Under the pieces are notes generated by a model that saw nothing but the letters and a program-made list of their open reading frames with translations, was not told the DNA's origin and searched no databases. The translations under genes and the position numbers were made by a program. From positions 224,001 to 288,000 of the forward strand of contig CAVTET010000004.1 of the NCBI GenBank assembly GCA_963733675.1: a stretch of DNA of 64,000 nt, in the 5' to 3' direction. Below, in pieces: positions 34,635 to 45,439 of the stretch (positions within the stretch are counted from its first letter, which is position 1; each line of letters begins with the position of its first letter). Source of the DNA: an uncultured Methanosarcinaceae archaeon. GTDB lineage: Archaea > Halobacteriota > Methanosarcinia > Methanosarcinales > Methanosarcinaceae.

Positions 34635-35414
34635 TTAAATTTTAACCCTTCGGCCACTGGCATCCCTGTCATATCTTCCAAATTCAGAGTCCAGGAGCTG
34701 CACGCCTGAAAAAACCGGCCCTTCCTTGCAAACCCTGGACCCTGACCTGTCTATGCAGCATGATCCACAGATTCCGATGCCACATTTGAAATAACGTTGG
34801 AGGCTAAATTCCGTTTTTTCAAGAACTTTTCTATCCTTAATAAGCCTGAAGACAGAAACCATCATTAATTCCTTGCCACAAATCAAAATCTTGTCATAAA
34901 CCGACAAATCGAGCTCCTTGAAAACATCGGTCACAAATCCCTTTGTACCTTTTGAGCCGTCATCCGTCGAAATATAAACCTTTCCTACTTTTAAAAAACG
35001 TTTTTCAAAAATCAGTTCATCTGCACTTCTGGCTCCAAGGATCGTATGCACCTCAGAGCCAGCGGCATAAGCTGCTTCTGCGAAAGGAGAAAGAGGAGCA
35101 GCTCCGACACCACCTGCAATAATCAGAATTTTTTCGTTCTTAGAAGGAAGAGAAAAGCCTCTCCCGAAAGGCCCCCTAAGTCCAAAAGAATCCCCTTCCT
35201 TCAGCTCAAAAAGTTTTGAGGTTGTCTCCCCCACTTTCAGAACAGTTATAGAGTTTATCCTAGAGAGCCCCATGGGTACCTCGTCTATGCCCCTTACCCA
35301 AACCATTATGAACTGGCCTGGTTTCATAGTTTCGAAATGAAGATCAAAGAAAAATGTCCTGACAAAAGGAGATTCTTCAGTTATTTGTAGTATTGTAGCA
35401 TTAAGAGGAAGCAT
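34635..35414 (-). CDS. pyrK: Dihydroorotate dehydrogenase electron-transfer subunit
   Basis: PGQF, GPFG, AGGVG, CGIGICGSC [2Fe-2S] motif. Confidence 0.92.
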   Translation of the reverse strand: MLPLNATILQITEESPFVRTFFFDLHFETMKPGQFIMVWVRGIDEVPMGLSRINSITVLKVGETTSKLFELKEGDSFGLRGPFGRGFSLPSKNEKILIIAGGVGAAPLSPFAEAAYAAGSEVHTILGARSADELIFEKRFLKVGKVYISTDDGSKGTKGFVTDVFKELDLSVYDKILICGKELMMVSVFRLIKDRKVLEKTEFSLQRYFKCGIGICGSCCIDRSGSRVCKEGPVFSGVQLLDSEFGRYDRDASGRRVKI

Positions 35415-36319
35415 CAGACCATCTCATGAGAAAGTCCTATTAATTCTTTTACATCCGAATAATTTTTCCTTTGCAGAAAAGTTTTGATCCCTTTATTAAT
35501 TTCATAGAATATATCAATCCTTTCGTACACTGCAGATCCAACCTGTACTGCTGCTGCACCTGCCATCATCATTTCTACAGCATCCTGCCAGCAAGAAACC
35601 CCTCCTACTCCTATGATAGGAATTTTGAGAGTAGTGTACAGGTCATAGATACATTTGACAGCTATAGGCTTGACAGCCTTTCCTGAGAGCCCGCCTGAAC
35701 GATTCCCAAGAATAGGATACCCTGATTCGATATCAATAGCCATTCCTTTTAAAGTGTTTATTGCGACAACAGCATCCGCACCCCCAGATTCAGCTGCAGT
35801 CCCTACACACGTAATATCAGAAACATTGGGAGTAAGCTTAACCCAAACAGGTACGTTCACTATATCTTTCACTGCAGCTGTGATTGCTTCTACAAGGCAT
35901 GCGTTCGAGCCAACAGCAGCCCCATATCCCTCTGAATGAGGGCAGCTCACATTAAGTTCAAAGGCATCGGGTTTGCCAGGGAGCAAACCTTCTGCAACTT
36001 CCATAAATTCAACTACAGTTCCGCCGAAGATGCTTGCAATTACCGGAACCCCTGAATACTTTTTTGCAATTTTGAGTTCCTGCAGGAAGTCCGAATAGGA
36101 AGGATTTGGGAGTCCCATAGCATTCAAAAAACCACCATCAAGCTGGACAATGGTCGGATTTGAATGCCCTTTTTTAGGCATAGAACCTATTGATTTTGTC
36201 ACAACCGCATCTGCTCCTCCTTCAAGTGCAACCCTGCACAGAGATGCTCCGGTTGTGCCAAGAATGCCAGCTGCAAGAATGGTCGGATTTTTCATTTTAA
36301 GTCCAGTAAGAGTATACAT
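35414..36319 (-). CDS. pyrD: Dihydroorotate dehydrogenase (family 1B)
   Basis: NAMGLPNP, ELNVSCPH, VKLTPN, INT, GGLSG; start MYTLTG is more likely than 36373. Confidence 0.93.
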   Translation of the reverse strand: MYTLTGLKMKNPTILAAGILGTTGASLCRVALEGGADAVVTKSIGSMPKKGHSNPTIVQLDGGFLNAMGLPNPSYSDFLQELKIAKKYSGVPVIASIFGGTVVEFMEVAEGLLPGKPDAFELNVSCPHSEGYGAAVGSNACLVEAITAAVKDIVNVPVWVKLTPNVSDITCVGTAAESGGADAVVAINTLKGMAIDIESGYPILGNRSGGLSGKAVKPIAVKCIYDLYTTLKIPIIGVGGVSCWQDAVEMMMAGAAAVQVGSAVYERIDIFYEINKGIKTFLQRKNYSDVKELIGLSHEMV

Positions 36320-36353
36320 TATAATTCCTTTTCTGATCTTGCAGGTTATATCT

Positions 36354-37304
36354 TTAGTCGCATGAATCGCCAAAGTTGTACGAATCTCTTGAAATCTGCA
36401 GGAGGGCTTCTTCAGCCAGTTTCCTGCCGCCCATCTTCACAAGGCTTTGTCCAAGTTCCTTGGCTTTTTCAATACCTCCGAACATAGGGATAAAATCATC
36501 TATTCTAATAGTTTCCTGTCCGTCTAGGGAGAGAACCTCAGCTCGGACACTGATTTGTTTTCCATAAGGTGCAATTTCGGCATAGGAGCCTAAGGGAGTA
36601 GTACAGCCCCCCCCAAGTTCTGAAATCAGGATACGCTCGATTTCAGTAACAATCCTGCTTTCTGGATGATCAAGTTTAGAAACGGCAATTTCAGCTTCAG
36701 TGCCTGCCTTTGTGACTACTGCAACCGTACCCTGGTTAGGGGAGGGGCAGAAGAGTTCAGGGGAAAGAATTTCCCCTTCAACCCCCCAACCCAAGCGTTC
36801 AAGCCCGGCTTTTGCAAGCAGTATACCGTCGTATTGTCCTTCCCTGAGCTTCCTGAGCCTTGTATCAATATTGCCCCTTAAGTCCTGGATGATAAGGTCA
36901 GGCCTGTAGCGCTTTATTTGAGCAGCCCTTCTCAGAGAACTGGTCCCTATAATAGATTGCTCGGATAGTTCATCAAGTGTAGTCCCATCATAAGTGAGAA
37001 GAATATCAAATGGTGTATCACGCTTCATAACTGCAGCCGTTGAGAGTAAATCTGGGCGAACAGTAGGGATATCCTTCATGGAATGGACAGCTATGTCGAT
37101 TTTTTCTGCCAGAATAACATCATCCAGCTCCCTGACAAAAGCCCCAAATCCACTTGATACGGCGTGCAAAGGACGGTCAGTAAATAGATCTCCGCTAGTA
37201 TGTATAATCTTCAAGCTGGTTTCAAACCCCAAGTCTTTCAAAAGGTGGGCAACTTTTTCGGCCTGTGCAAGCGCAAGCTTGCTGCCCCGCGTACCTATGA
37301 TCAT
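36354..37304 (-). CDS. hemC: Hydroxymethylbilane synthase
   Basis: GTRGSKLALAQ, AVHSMKD, GTSSLRR, RGNIDTRL, GGCTTP. Confidence 0.95.
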   Translation of the reverse strand: MIIGTRGSKLALAQAEKVAHLLKDLGFETSLKIIHTSGDLFTDRPLHAVSSGFGAFVRELDDVILAEKIDIAVHSMKDIPTVRPDLLSTAAVMKRDTPFDILLTYDGTTLDELSEQSIIGTSSLRRAAQIKRYRPDLIIQDLRGNIDTRLRKLREGQYDGILLAKAGLERLGWGVEGEILSPELFCPSPNQGTVAVVTKAGTEAEIAVSKLDHPESRIVTEIERILISELGGGCTTPLGSYAEIAPYGKQISVRAEVLSLDGQETIRIDDFIPMFGGIEKAKELGQSLVKMGGRKLAEEALLQISRDSYNFGDSCD

Positions 37305-37319
37305 TTAGAATCCTCTTTT

Positions 37320-38612
37320 TCAAAGATGCGAATCTATTAAGAGATTTTCAGCGTATACTTCGAGGGTGTTTTCGATATCTTCTTCACTATGAGCTGCAGA
37401 GATGAAATTAGTCTCGAACTGAGAGGGAGGGAGGAAAATTCCACTTTCAAGCATCCTATGGAAGAAAGCAAGGTAGCCTTCCTTATCACACTTCAAAACT
37501 TCTTGGTAGTTATGAGGTTCTGCTCCGAAGAAAATCTTGAACATGGAAGAAAGCCCACATACATTATAATCAAGACCTAAATCTTCAACAATTTTTGAGA
37601 GAGAATCCCTTAGATAATTGCCTTTTGAATTTAGTTTCTCATGAATATTTTCCTGTTTAAGATAATCAAGCATGGCAATACCAGCAGCCATCGAACATGG
37701 GCTTCCACTGAAAGTTCCTGCCTGGTAGATAGCCCCGGATGGGGAAATCATTTCCATAATTTCTCGCCGGCCTCCAAAAACCCCTATAGGCAAGCCTCCA
37801 CCTATGATCTTTCCCATAGTGGTTATATCCGGAATGACGCCGAAGTATTCCTGTGCCCCTCCCATTGCGAGCCTGAACCCTGTAATAACCTCATCGAAAA
37901 TAAGAAGTACGTCATTTTCCAGGGTGAGTTTCCTGAGTTCCTCAAGGTATCCATTCATAGGTAGAACAGGACCCACATTCCCAAGAATGGGTTCAATTAT
38001 AACTGCAGCCATATCGTCCTTATTCTTTTCTACGAGGCCAGCCATTGCTTCAATATCGTTGTAAGGAGCCTGGAGGGTATATTTCGTGAAACCTGCAGGG
38101 ATGCCAAGGGAATCAGGCTCGCCCATGGTTGTAGCTCCAGAACCTGCTTTTACAAGAACCGCATCATGGGCACCGTGGAATCCACCTTCTATTTTAACAA
38201 ATTTGTTTCTGCCTGTAAAGCCGCGGGCAAGGCGAAGGGCACTCATAGTTGCTTCGGTCCCTGTAGAAACAAAACGAAGCATATCAATACTTGGATAATA
38301 CCCTATAATCTTCTCTGCCAGTGTTACTTCAAGCTCTATGGGAGTCCCATAAAGCCAGCCTTTATCGAACTGAGATTTAATGGTTTCCTTTATTAGAGGA
38401 TGATTATGCCCAAGTATCAAAGGGCCATAAGCCATACAGTAATCAATGTACTCGTTACCGTCAATGTCCCTTATTTTGGAACCATCAGCTGAAGCTGTAT
38501 AGAAAGGATAAGGCTTAATTGCGCGCACAGGACTGCTTACCCCACCAGGAATAAGGAGCTTTGCTTTCTCATACATCTTTCTGGACTTCTCAAACGTTAG
38601 CTCAGATATCAT
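37320..38612 (-). CDS. hemL: Glutamate-1-semialdehyde 2,1-aminomutase
   Basis: [42 protein letters not shown]. Confidence 0.96.
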   Translation of the reverse strand: MISELTFEKSRKMYEKAKLLIPGGVSSPVRAIKPYPFYTASADGSKIRDIDGNEYIDYCMAYGPLILGHNHPLIKETIKSQFDKGWLYGTPIELEVTLAEKIIGYYPSIDMLRFVSTGTEATMSALRLARGFTGRNKFVKIEGGFHGAHDAVLVKAGSGATTMGEPDSLGIPAGFTKYTLQAPYNDIEAMAGLVEKNKDDMAAVIIEPILGNVGPVLPMNGYLEELRKLTLENDVLLIFDEVITGFRLAMGGAQEYFGVIPDITTMGKIIGGGLPIGVFGGRREIMEMISPSGAIYQAGTFSGSPCSMAAGIAMLDYLKQENIHEKLNSKGNYLRDSLSKIVEDLGLDYNVCGLSSMFKIFFGAEPHNYQEVLKCDKEGYLAFFHRMLESGIFLPPSQFETNFISAAHSEEDIENTLEVYAENLLIDSHL

Positions 38613-39249
38613 GAATTCTCACCTATTTGACTGAAAACATTCAATCTTGTAATCTATAAATTAAAAGAAAAAATTTAATTCCTACTAGAATTAGGGCGTG
38701 GCATTGAATCAGTGATTAGATCTGAAAAACGAGTATTTCCCCCATTTTTTGGAGAATGTATATAGAGTCTAATGTTTATGATTTTCAACAACTCATGAAC
38801 ACGACCTGAAATTATTAAAATGAATTATTAAACTGAAATCTGGGTTTGCTGAATTTTTGAGTAAAGGTAGTTTCACTTCTTTGATGTCTTTCTATTTCTA
38901 TCTTTAGAAGAGAGTCACCTACTATTATAGTTTTCACTTAAATTGATCACATTTATAAAAAAAGTTGTATTCATGCAAAGATCTGAAAAATATCGTATTG
39001 AACAAAAAATTTCTTTCAACCACTTGATTGGTGCATAAGGGATAACAGAATACTAGATTTCAACAGAAGTAAGAGAATATTTGATAAACCCTAAATTTTG
39101 TCATATACTTATAAATGGTATATAAATAACTACAATAAATACCTGTATTGTTTATGGGTGTCATTTAATATTACTTGAAAATTAAATAATATTATTCCAG
39201 TAAAATAATAATCAGATAATTATTCTATGATTTTGCAAGACAATCACAT

Positions 39250-39886
39250 GCGTACCAAATTCGATACAAATGAATATGCGTTCTATACCGATAACAAGAA
39301 TCAGGGAAGTTTCGTCAATGATCAGGCCGGTATCAGAACTATTGTAAAGAGTAGTGCACGGAATGACAGGGAATATTCGAGCTGAGATTTGAAGACGAAC
39401 GCTACTCGTCTTTTGAGTGTACAGATGCTATTAGCTCATGGAAACTACAAATGAATCCTGTATATTCGCAGTTTGATTACAACACTATCAGCGATGTTAT
39501 TATACACATGCAGTACACGGCTAGGGATGGAGGAGAAGACCTTAGGACAGCGCAATAAAAACCGTAAAAAGAATCTCAAGGATTTTGCTTTGGTGGAAAA
39601 CCGAAGTGGATTATATCTTTTGATCAGTTCCCGACACGAATTTGGCACCAACTGGCAAAAGTTTCTCAATTCTGAGTCTGGAAAGCTTCAGAAACTTTCG
39701 ATTAATATAGCATCGGATAGATTTCCGTTTTTTACAAACGGCTTGAATATCACGATAAAGGGTATCGACTTTGCAGCTAAACTTTCTGATTCATATACCC
39801 TCATCGAAACACTGCCTGGTGAAGATGAGACTACAGGAACCATGGAAGTAAATAAAGAAATCCTAGGTTATCTGCATCACTATTGA
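39250..39886 (+). pseudogene. Frameshifted fragment of a Tc-toxin TcA-like gene (C-terminal TcB-binding region)
   Basis: 39370-39558 reads GIFELRFEDERYSSFECTDAISSWKLQMNPVYSQFDYNTISDVIIHMQYTARDGG, matching the TcA consensus FEL.F.DERYLPFEG.GAIS.W...FDY.TISDVI.H..YTAR.GG. Confidence 0.75.
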
Positions 39887-40447
39887 AAGAAAACTATATT
39901 GGTTCATCACCAACGAGAAGATATACATCACCATCAATACAATTGCATAAAACTTAAAACAGTACTTTTTACTAACTCAAAATAATGTATATTTCAAATG
40001 GTTGATTATATCATTGCATAATAGAAATTTTTCATGATATTTCATCAAAAAAAATATGATATCCTATTTTATAAACATAATGGTTTACATAATGCAGTTT
40101 CATTTTTATAGTACTAACGTAGCCTAAAACATAAATCCGTCCGTTAATAAAGGCTCTGTGGAAAGTTTCCATCCCCGCAGCAATTTGATGGGAATTCAAC
40201 TGGAATACAGTCTTCGGTCTTCTAGTCGGATGCAGACTTAATGATATTCTTTTTAAAAAGTATCCATCTGAAATGACAGAATATTAATATTACTTTATTA
40301 ATATGACTTTTCAAGTTTCAATTTCACTAACTTTCGGTAAAATTAAATTCCACCCAATTCATCCCCATATCTGATTATTACTTCCTAATATCGTTAATTT
40401 GCAAATATCATTAAACCTTGACTGCTATTAACATAAACCATTAATCT

Positions 40448-41500
40448 ATGATTACCATGACAAATGCACCAAAGCTTATTGCATGGGAACTGACTGCAGG
40501 TTGTAACCTTAACTGCATACACTGCAGGGGAGCTTCCACTTCTTCAGTTCCAGCAGGTGAGCTCACAACTGATGAAGCTAAACATTTCATTGATGAAGTT
40601 TCAGGACTTGGAAAACCAATTCTTATCCTGAGCGGAGGCGAGCCTCTCACCAGACCTGACGTTTTTGAGATCGCACTATACGGTACAGATTCTGGATTTC
40701 GCATCGTGCTTGCAACAAACGGCACTCTTCTTACTCCTGAAATTGTGAGGAAATTAAAAGAATCTGGGGTTCAGCGTCTCAGCATCAGTATCGATGGAGC
40801 AGCTGCAATATCTCATGATGAATTTCGAGGCAGGCCCGGAGCTTTTGAAAAAACGCTTGCTGGTATTGAAGTCCTTAGGAAAGCAGATTTTCCTTTCCAG
40901 ATCAACACAACGATTTCAGGTCGCAACCTTGAAGAAATTCCCAGGACCTTTGAGCTTGCAAAAAAGCTAGGTGCAGTTGCATATCATGTATTTTTCCTTG
41001 TGCCCACAGGAAGAGGCGAAGAATCCGATGAAGTCTCCCCCGAAGATTACGAAAGTATTCTGCACTGGCTCTATGATATGCAGAAAGAGTCCAAAATTCT
41101 GTTGAAAGCAACCTGTGCTCCCCATTATTTTAGGGTTATGCGTCAGCGGGCAAAAAAGGAAGGGATCGAAATATCGGTGAATACTCACGGTTACGAAGCA
41201 ATGACAAAAGGTTGCCTTGGAGGGACAAGTTTCTGTTTCGTATCCAGCGTAGGTGATATCTACCCCTGCGGCTACTTCCCAGTACTTGCTGGCAATATCA
41301 GGAAGCAACCTTTCAGAGATATCTGGAAAAATTCGGAGGTCTTCAGAAAACTAAGGGACCCAGAAGAACTGAAGGGTAAATGTGGTATATGTGAATATAA
41401 AACAGTATGTTCTGGCTGCAGAGCAAGAGCATATGCTGCTACAGGTGATTATCTCGATGAAGAGCCCTACTGTGTTTATAGTCCTGGAAAAAATAAGTGA
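40448..41500 (+). CDS. ahbD: AdoMet-dependent heme synthase (radical SAM, SPASM domain)
   Basis: CNLNCIHC motif, KATCAPHYFR, C-terminal SPASM cysteines; adjacent to ahbAB. Confidence 0.88.
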   Translation: MITMTNAPKLIAWELTAGCNLNCIHCRGASTSSVPAGELTTDEAKHFIDEVSGLGKPILILSGGEPLTRPDVFEIALYGTDSGFRIVLATNGTLLTPEIVRKLKESGVQRLSISIDGAAAISHDEFRGRPGAFEKTLAGIEVLRKADFPFQINTTISGRNLEEIPRTFELAKKLGAVAYHVFFLVPTGRGEESDEVSPEDYESILHWLYDMQKESKILLKATCAPHYFRVMRQRAKKEGIEISVNTHGYEAMTKGCLGGTSFCFVSSVGDIYPCGYFPVLAGNIRKQPFRDIWKNSEVFRKLRDPEELKGKCGICEYKTVCSGCRARAYAATGDYLDEEPYCVYSPGKNK

Positions 41501-41505
41501 TCTGA

Positions 41506-42054
41506 ATGATTGAACTTGAAGATTGTAATAGTCGGCTCCAGCAAAAAAAGATCGATTTCAACTTTAAAATGGAACCTCATGGCGAGGAAATTCCTGAATT
41601 TGAAATTGATGAGACAGATAAGAGAATTCTGAACCTGATCCAGCAGGAGGTTCCCTTAGAAGTCGAGCCTTTTGAAGAGTTAGGTAAAATGCTAAATCTT
41701 TCTGAAACCGAGATTCTTGAAAGGCTGCGCAAACTCAATATGAAAGGAGCTGTAAGACGTATAGGACCTATCCTCAGCACTAGAAATATGGGAGGAGTAG
41801 GCACTCTTGTGGCTCTGCAGGTATCCGAAACTCGGATTGAAGAAGTTGCGAATTTCATTAATGAGTACCCTGAAGTTTCCCATAATTACCTCCGAAGTGC
41901 TGCAAAGTATAATCTCTGGTTTACACTTTCTGCTCCTGATAAAGATAGACTTGAAGATATCATTTCCGATATTCGAGAAAAAACAGGCTGCCCACTATTA
42001 AACCTCCCTACAAAGCGTCTTTTCAAAATAAATGTAAAATTTGATATCAGGTGA
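41506..42054 (+). CDS. ahbA: Siroheme decarboxylase alpha subunit
   Basis: Lrp/AsnC-like fold; VRRIGP, VSHNYLR, YNLWFT. Confidence 0.9.
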   Translation: MIELEDCNSRLQQKKIDFNFKMEPHGEEIPEFEIDETDKRILNLIQQEVPLEVEPFEELGKMLNLSETEILERLRKLNMKGAVRRIGPILSTRNMGGVGTLVALQVSETRIEEVANFINEYPEVSHNYLRSAAKYNLWFTLSAPDKDRLEDIISDIREKTGCPLLNLPTKRLFKINVKFDIR

Positions 42055-42060
42055 AAAAAG

Positions 42061-42519
42061 ATGGATAAAACGGATGTAGAAATGCTCAAACTTGTGCAGG
42101 ATGGGATTCCACTAATTCATTCTCCATTCAGGCATCTTGCTGCTGAACTTGGAACAAATGAGCAGGAAGTTGTAGATAGGCTTAAAAATCTTCAGAAAGC
42201 TGGGAAAATTCGACGTTTTGCAGCTTCGATAGGCCATCGAGCAATAGGAATCACATCCAATGCTATGTGTGTCTGGAACGTTCCCAACGAGCAAATAGAA
42301 AAGGTAGGGGCAATAATGGCTGAATTTCCTGAAGTTACTCACTGCTATGAGCGCCCGCGCTATCCTGATTGGCCGTATAATCTGTTCACTATGGTTCATT
42401 CGTACACTCATGAAGATTGTGAAAAATTAGCTTCTAGGATTTCAGAAGCTACCGGAATTAAGGAATATACTCTATTGTTCAGTGAGCGGGAGTTTAAGAA
42501 AACAGGTGTCAAGCTGTGA
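42061..42519 (+). CDS. ahbB: Siroheme decarboxylase beta subunit
   Basis: IRRF, VTHCYERP, WPYNLFTMVH, EFKKT. Confidence 0.9.
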   Translation: MDKTDVEMLKLVQDGIPLIHSPFRHLAAELGTNEQEVVDRLKNLQKAGKIRRFAASIGHRAIGITSNAMCVWNVPNEQIEKVGAIMAEFPEVTHCYERPRYPDWPYNLFTMVHSYTHEDCEKLASRISEATGIKEYTLLFSEREFKKTGVKL

Positions 42520-42552
42520 AGTAATATCTTTAAATATTTTCTCAGGAGGTTT

Positions 42553-43233
42553 TTGAAATTGGCTAAAAAGAACAATTTTCTTCCTCTCATGATTGATCTT
42601 TCTGGCAGAAAGATTGTCATCTTTGGAGGAGGCTCCGTTGGGGAACGTAAAGCTGAACTTTTCTGTGGATGTGCAGACACTCTTATTGTAAGTATTGAAT
42701 TCTCCCAGCGATTGCAGGAACTTGAAGCTTCGGGACAAGTTAGACTGGTCAGACTTGACATTTTAACAGCTTCAGATTTTGAACTCCGAAAAATCATTTC
42801 TGGGGCCTTAATCGCCATTCCTGCAACTAACAATTTGAAACTTAACCAAAAAATCACTGATATAGCACTTGAAAGCGATATTTTGATAAATCAGGTAAAT
42901 GCTTTAGGTAGTGTCGTAATCCCTTCAGTCATAAAAAGAGGAGACCTTATAATAGGGATTTCTACTCTTGGACACAGCCCTGCAGTCTCCAAATATACCC
43001 GCAAACAGATAGAAAGCCTGATAACTCCTGCATATTTCGATATGATCCAGCTTCAGAACGAACTCAGGAGCTATCTCAAAAAGCATATAACAGAGCAAAA
43101 AAAAAGGAAAGAAATCCTCTGGAATATTTTGGAAAGCGAGAATGTTTGGAAAGGATTTAATGAATCTTATGAAAAAGCAGCTGAAGCGGCATACGATATG
43201 ATTTCTCATTGTCTAGAAGATTCCGACAAGTAG
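42553..43233 (+). CDS. sirC: Precorrin-2 dehydrogenase (SirC/CysG N-terminal type)
   Basis: LPLMIDL, GGGSVGERK, GISTLGHSPA. Confidence 0.88.
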   Translation: MKLAKKNNFLPLMIDLSGRKIVIFGGGSVGERKAELFCGCADTLIVSIEFSQRLQELEASGQVRLVRLDILTASDFELRKIISGALIAIPATNNLKLNQKITDIALESDILINQVNALGSVVIPSVIKRGDLIIGISTLGHSPAVSKYTRKQIESLITPAYFDMIQLQNELRSYLKKHITEQKKRKEILWNILESENVWKGFNESYEKAAEAAYDMISHCLEDSDK

Positions 43234-43261
43234 ATATTGGTAGTAAATGCAGGACTTTTTA

Positions 43262-43412
43262 TAGAAAATCATTACTCTACAAATAGAAATGTGCATAAAT
43301 TAATTATATTCTGCAAATAGAATGTGCATAAATTATTTTACACAATAGAATATTCATAAATAAATTATTCTGCAGATAAAATGTTCATGAATATAATCAT
43401 TTTACAAATAAA
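43262..43412. repeat. Degenerate ~30-bp tandem repeat upstream of hemA
   Basis: Units resembling CAAATAGAATGTGCATAAATTATT(C/T)T(G/A), repeated 4-5 times. Confidence 0.6.
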
Positions 43413-43517
43413 AATTTCTTTGATGAAAAAGGCTAAAGATTCCTGGATAAAGTTTAATTTACCACTTCTTATGTAAATATTTTATTTCCTGTATTTTATC
43501 CTATCTGGAGGCTCTCT

Positions 43518-44831
43518 GTGACCGAAATCTCAAGTATGATTATATCCCATAAAAAAGCAAAAGTTGAGGAAATGGAGTCAGCCTGGCACGGTGATTTGGA
43601 CAGTATGCTCCATAATCTGTACAGGCATGAGTTTGTTCATGAGTGTGTTGTCTTGAAAACCTGTAACCGTGTTGAAATCTACGTTGTTTCCCCCAAAAGC
43701 AGCAGTGTACTTTTTTCTTTTGCAAAGAAAATGGGAGCTTCCACCCATATCATCGATTTCTACGGGCACGAGGAATCCCTGGAACACCTTTTAAGACTCG
43801 CCGGAGGCCTTGAATCAATGATCGTAGGGGAGGACCAAATCCTTGGCCAGATGAAGGACCTCTATGCCTATTCCAAAAAAGCGGGGACTACTGGGAAAAT
43901 AATGGATACTGCTTTTGAAAAGGCTATTCAGGTTGGAAAACGAATTCGGAATGAAACCAAAATCAACAAAGGTTCGGTTTCCATAGGTTCTGCTGCTGTG
44001 GATCTGGCAGAGGAGATTCTCGAAGGGCTTACAGGAAAATCCGTGCTCGTAATAGGTGCAGGGGAAATCGGAATTCTTGTTGCAAAGGCCCTGGCAGAAA
44101 AAGATATTGAAGCAATATACATTGCTAACCGCACATTCAAGAAAGCTGAAGAAATTGCGTATGAACTTGGAGGGCATGCAGTAAGACTTGATGATGTCAA
44201 AACTTACCTTATAGATGCTGATGTTGTAATCAGTGGTACTAGCGCTCCACATTACATCCTTACTAGGGAAATTGTTGAAAAAGCTATAGAGAACAGAAGC
44301 CGCAAACTCCTCCTTATCGACATAGCAAATCCTAGGGATATAGAGGAGTCTGTTGTTGAACTTGAGAACGTCGAACTGTGCAATATAGACAATCTCAGGG
44401 TCATCAGCGAGAAGACTCTTAAAATGCGAAAAAAGGAAGCTAAAAAAGCCGAGGCTATAATTCAGGAAGAGATCAAACTTCTAAATCTCCAGTATAAACG
44501 CCAGAGAGCCGACCGTCTTCTTGCTGATCTTTATAGGCAGGTTTATGATGTTAGAATAAGGGAAAGGCAAAAAGCAGTAAACAAACTTTGCGCCTATCAT
44601 ACTATCGGAGAGATTGAAACCGAGGTTCTTGATGATCTTACTCATTCAATTGTGAACAAAATTTTGGCCGAGCCTACCAAAGTCCTGCGCCAGGCCGCAG
44701 AACTCGGAAACGAAGAGTTTCTTGATGTGGTTTCAAGGGTTTTCTGCCTCGAAAAGCATAATGTAAGAATTGAAAAAGTAAAACATAGTTGTGGAAATGA
44801 GTTAAATCGGGTCTCAGAAAAAGGTAATTAA
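43518..44831 (+). CDS. hemA: Glutamyl-tRNA reductase
   Basis: TCNRVE, GLESMIVGEDQILGQ, GAGEIG, DIANPRDI; GGAGG before the GTG start. Confidence 0.95.
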   Translation: MTEISSMIISHKKAKVEEMESAWHGDLDSMLHNLYRHEFVHECVVLKTCNRVEIYVVSPKSSSVLFSFAKKMGASTHIIDFYGHEESLEHLLRLAGGLESMIVGEDQILGQMKDLYAYSKKAGTTGKIMDTAFEKAIQVGKRIRNETKINKGSVSIGSAAVDLAEEILEGLTGKSVLVIGAGEIGILVAKALAEKDIEAIYIANRTFKKAEEIAYELGGHAVRLDDVKTYLIDADVVISGTSAPHYILTREIVEKAIENRSRKLLLIDIANPRDIEESVVELENVELCNIDNLRVISEKTLKMRKKEAKKAEAIIQEEIKLLNLQYKRQRADRLLADLYRQVYDVRIRERQKAVNKLCAYHTIGEIETEVLDDLTHSIVNKILAEPTKVLRQAAELGNEEFLDVVSRVFCLEKHNVRIEKVKHSCGNELNRVSEKGN

Positions 44832-45130
44832 AGAAAAAGTAAGGGACTTTTTAATGTATTCTGAATCGCAAAAATACGCCACAAATTACATTTTTAACTG
44901 ATTGCAATCAATCAAAAAGCCTAAAAAATAATTAAATGTAGTACTATTAAGGTTGATGTTTTTCATGATCAAATTCCCAGTGTAGCGAATGTTTGAATTT
45001 TCATGCACTAAAGTTGATAGCTCTAGCTAACCTCAATTAAATGTGGAACAGAATTAAGCTGGGATACAATATTATGGATATTTTCAAAAATAGCATCAAC
45101 CAAATGACAGAATAATACCAAAATATCCAT

Positions 45131-45439
45131 TCAACATACAGAGTCGTGCATTGCAATTCCAGTATCTGTAAGGCGATACATTCCGTCTTCGAATTTAAGG
45201 AATCCTTCTTTGAGCAGGAAATCCATATGAAACTTAAAGAAGAAATCGTTTAATCCTGAATCTTCCTTCAACTTCTTTTCATCCTTCCCAAAGATCCCAA
45301 TTATTCTAAGAAGCTTTCTTCGTGCAGGATTTATAGAAACTTTTTCCATCATTACATGTTCTAGTTTGATAGCTTCGCCTTCAGTAGGTTCTACTTTTTT
45401 GCAAAAATAATCCTCAAGTTCGTCGATATTCTCGTCCAT
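45131..45439 (-). CDS. Small winged-helix hypothetical protein
   Basis: NPARRKLLRII...FHMDFLLKEGFL...YRLTDTG, an ArsR-like wHTH pattern. Confidence 0.65.
   Translation of the reverse strand: MDENIDELEDYFCKKVEPTEGEAIKLEHVMMEKVSINPARRKLLRIIGIFGKDEKKLKEDSGLNDFFFKFHMDFLLKEGFLKFEDGMYRLTDTGIAMHDSVC

Noticed and set aside
43262-43412. CRISPR array
   Set aside because: Units are degenerate and adjacent with no unique spacers, and no cas genes are in the window.
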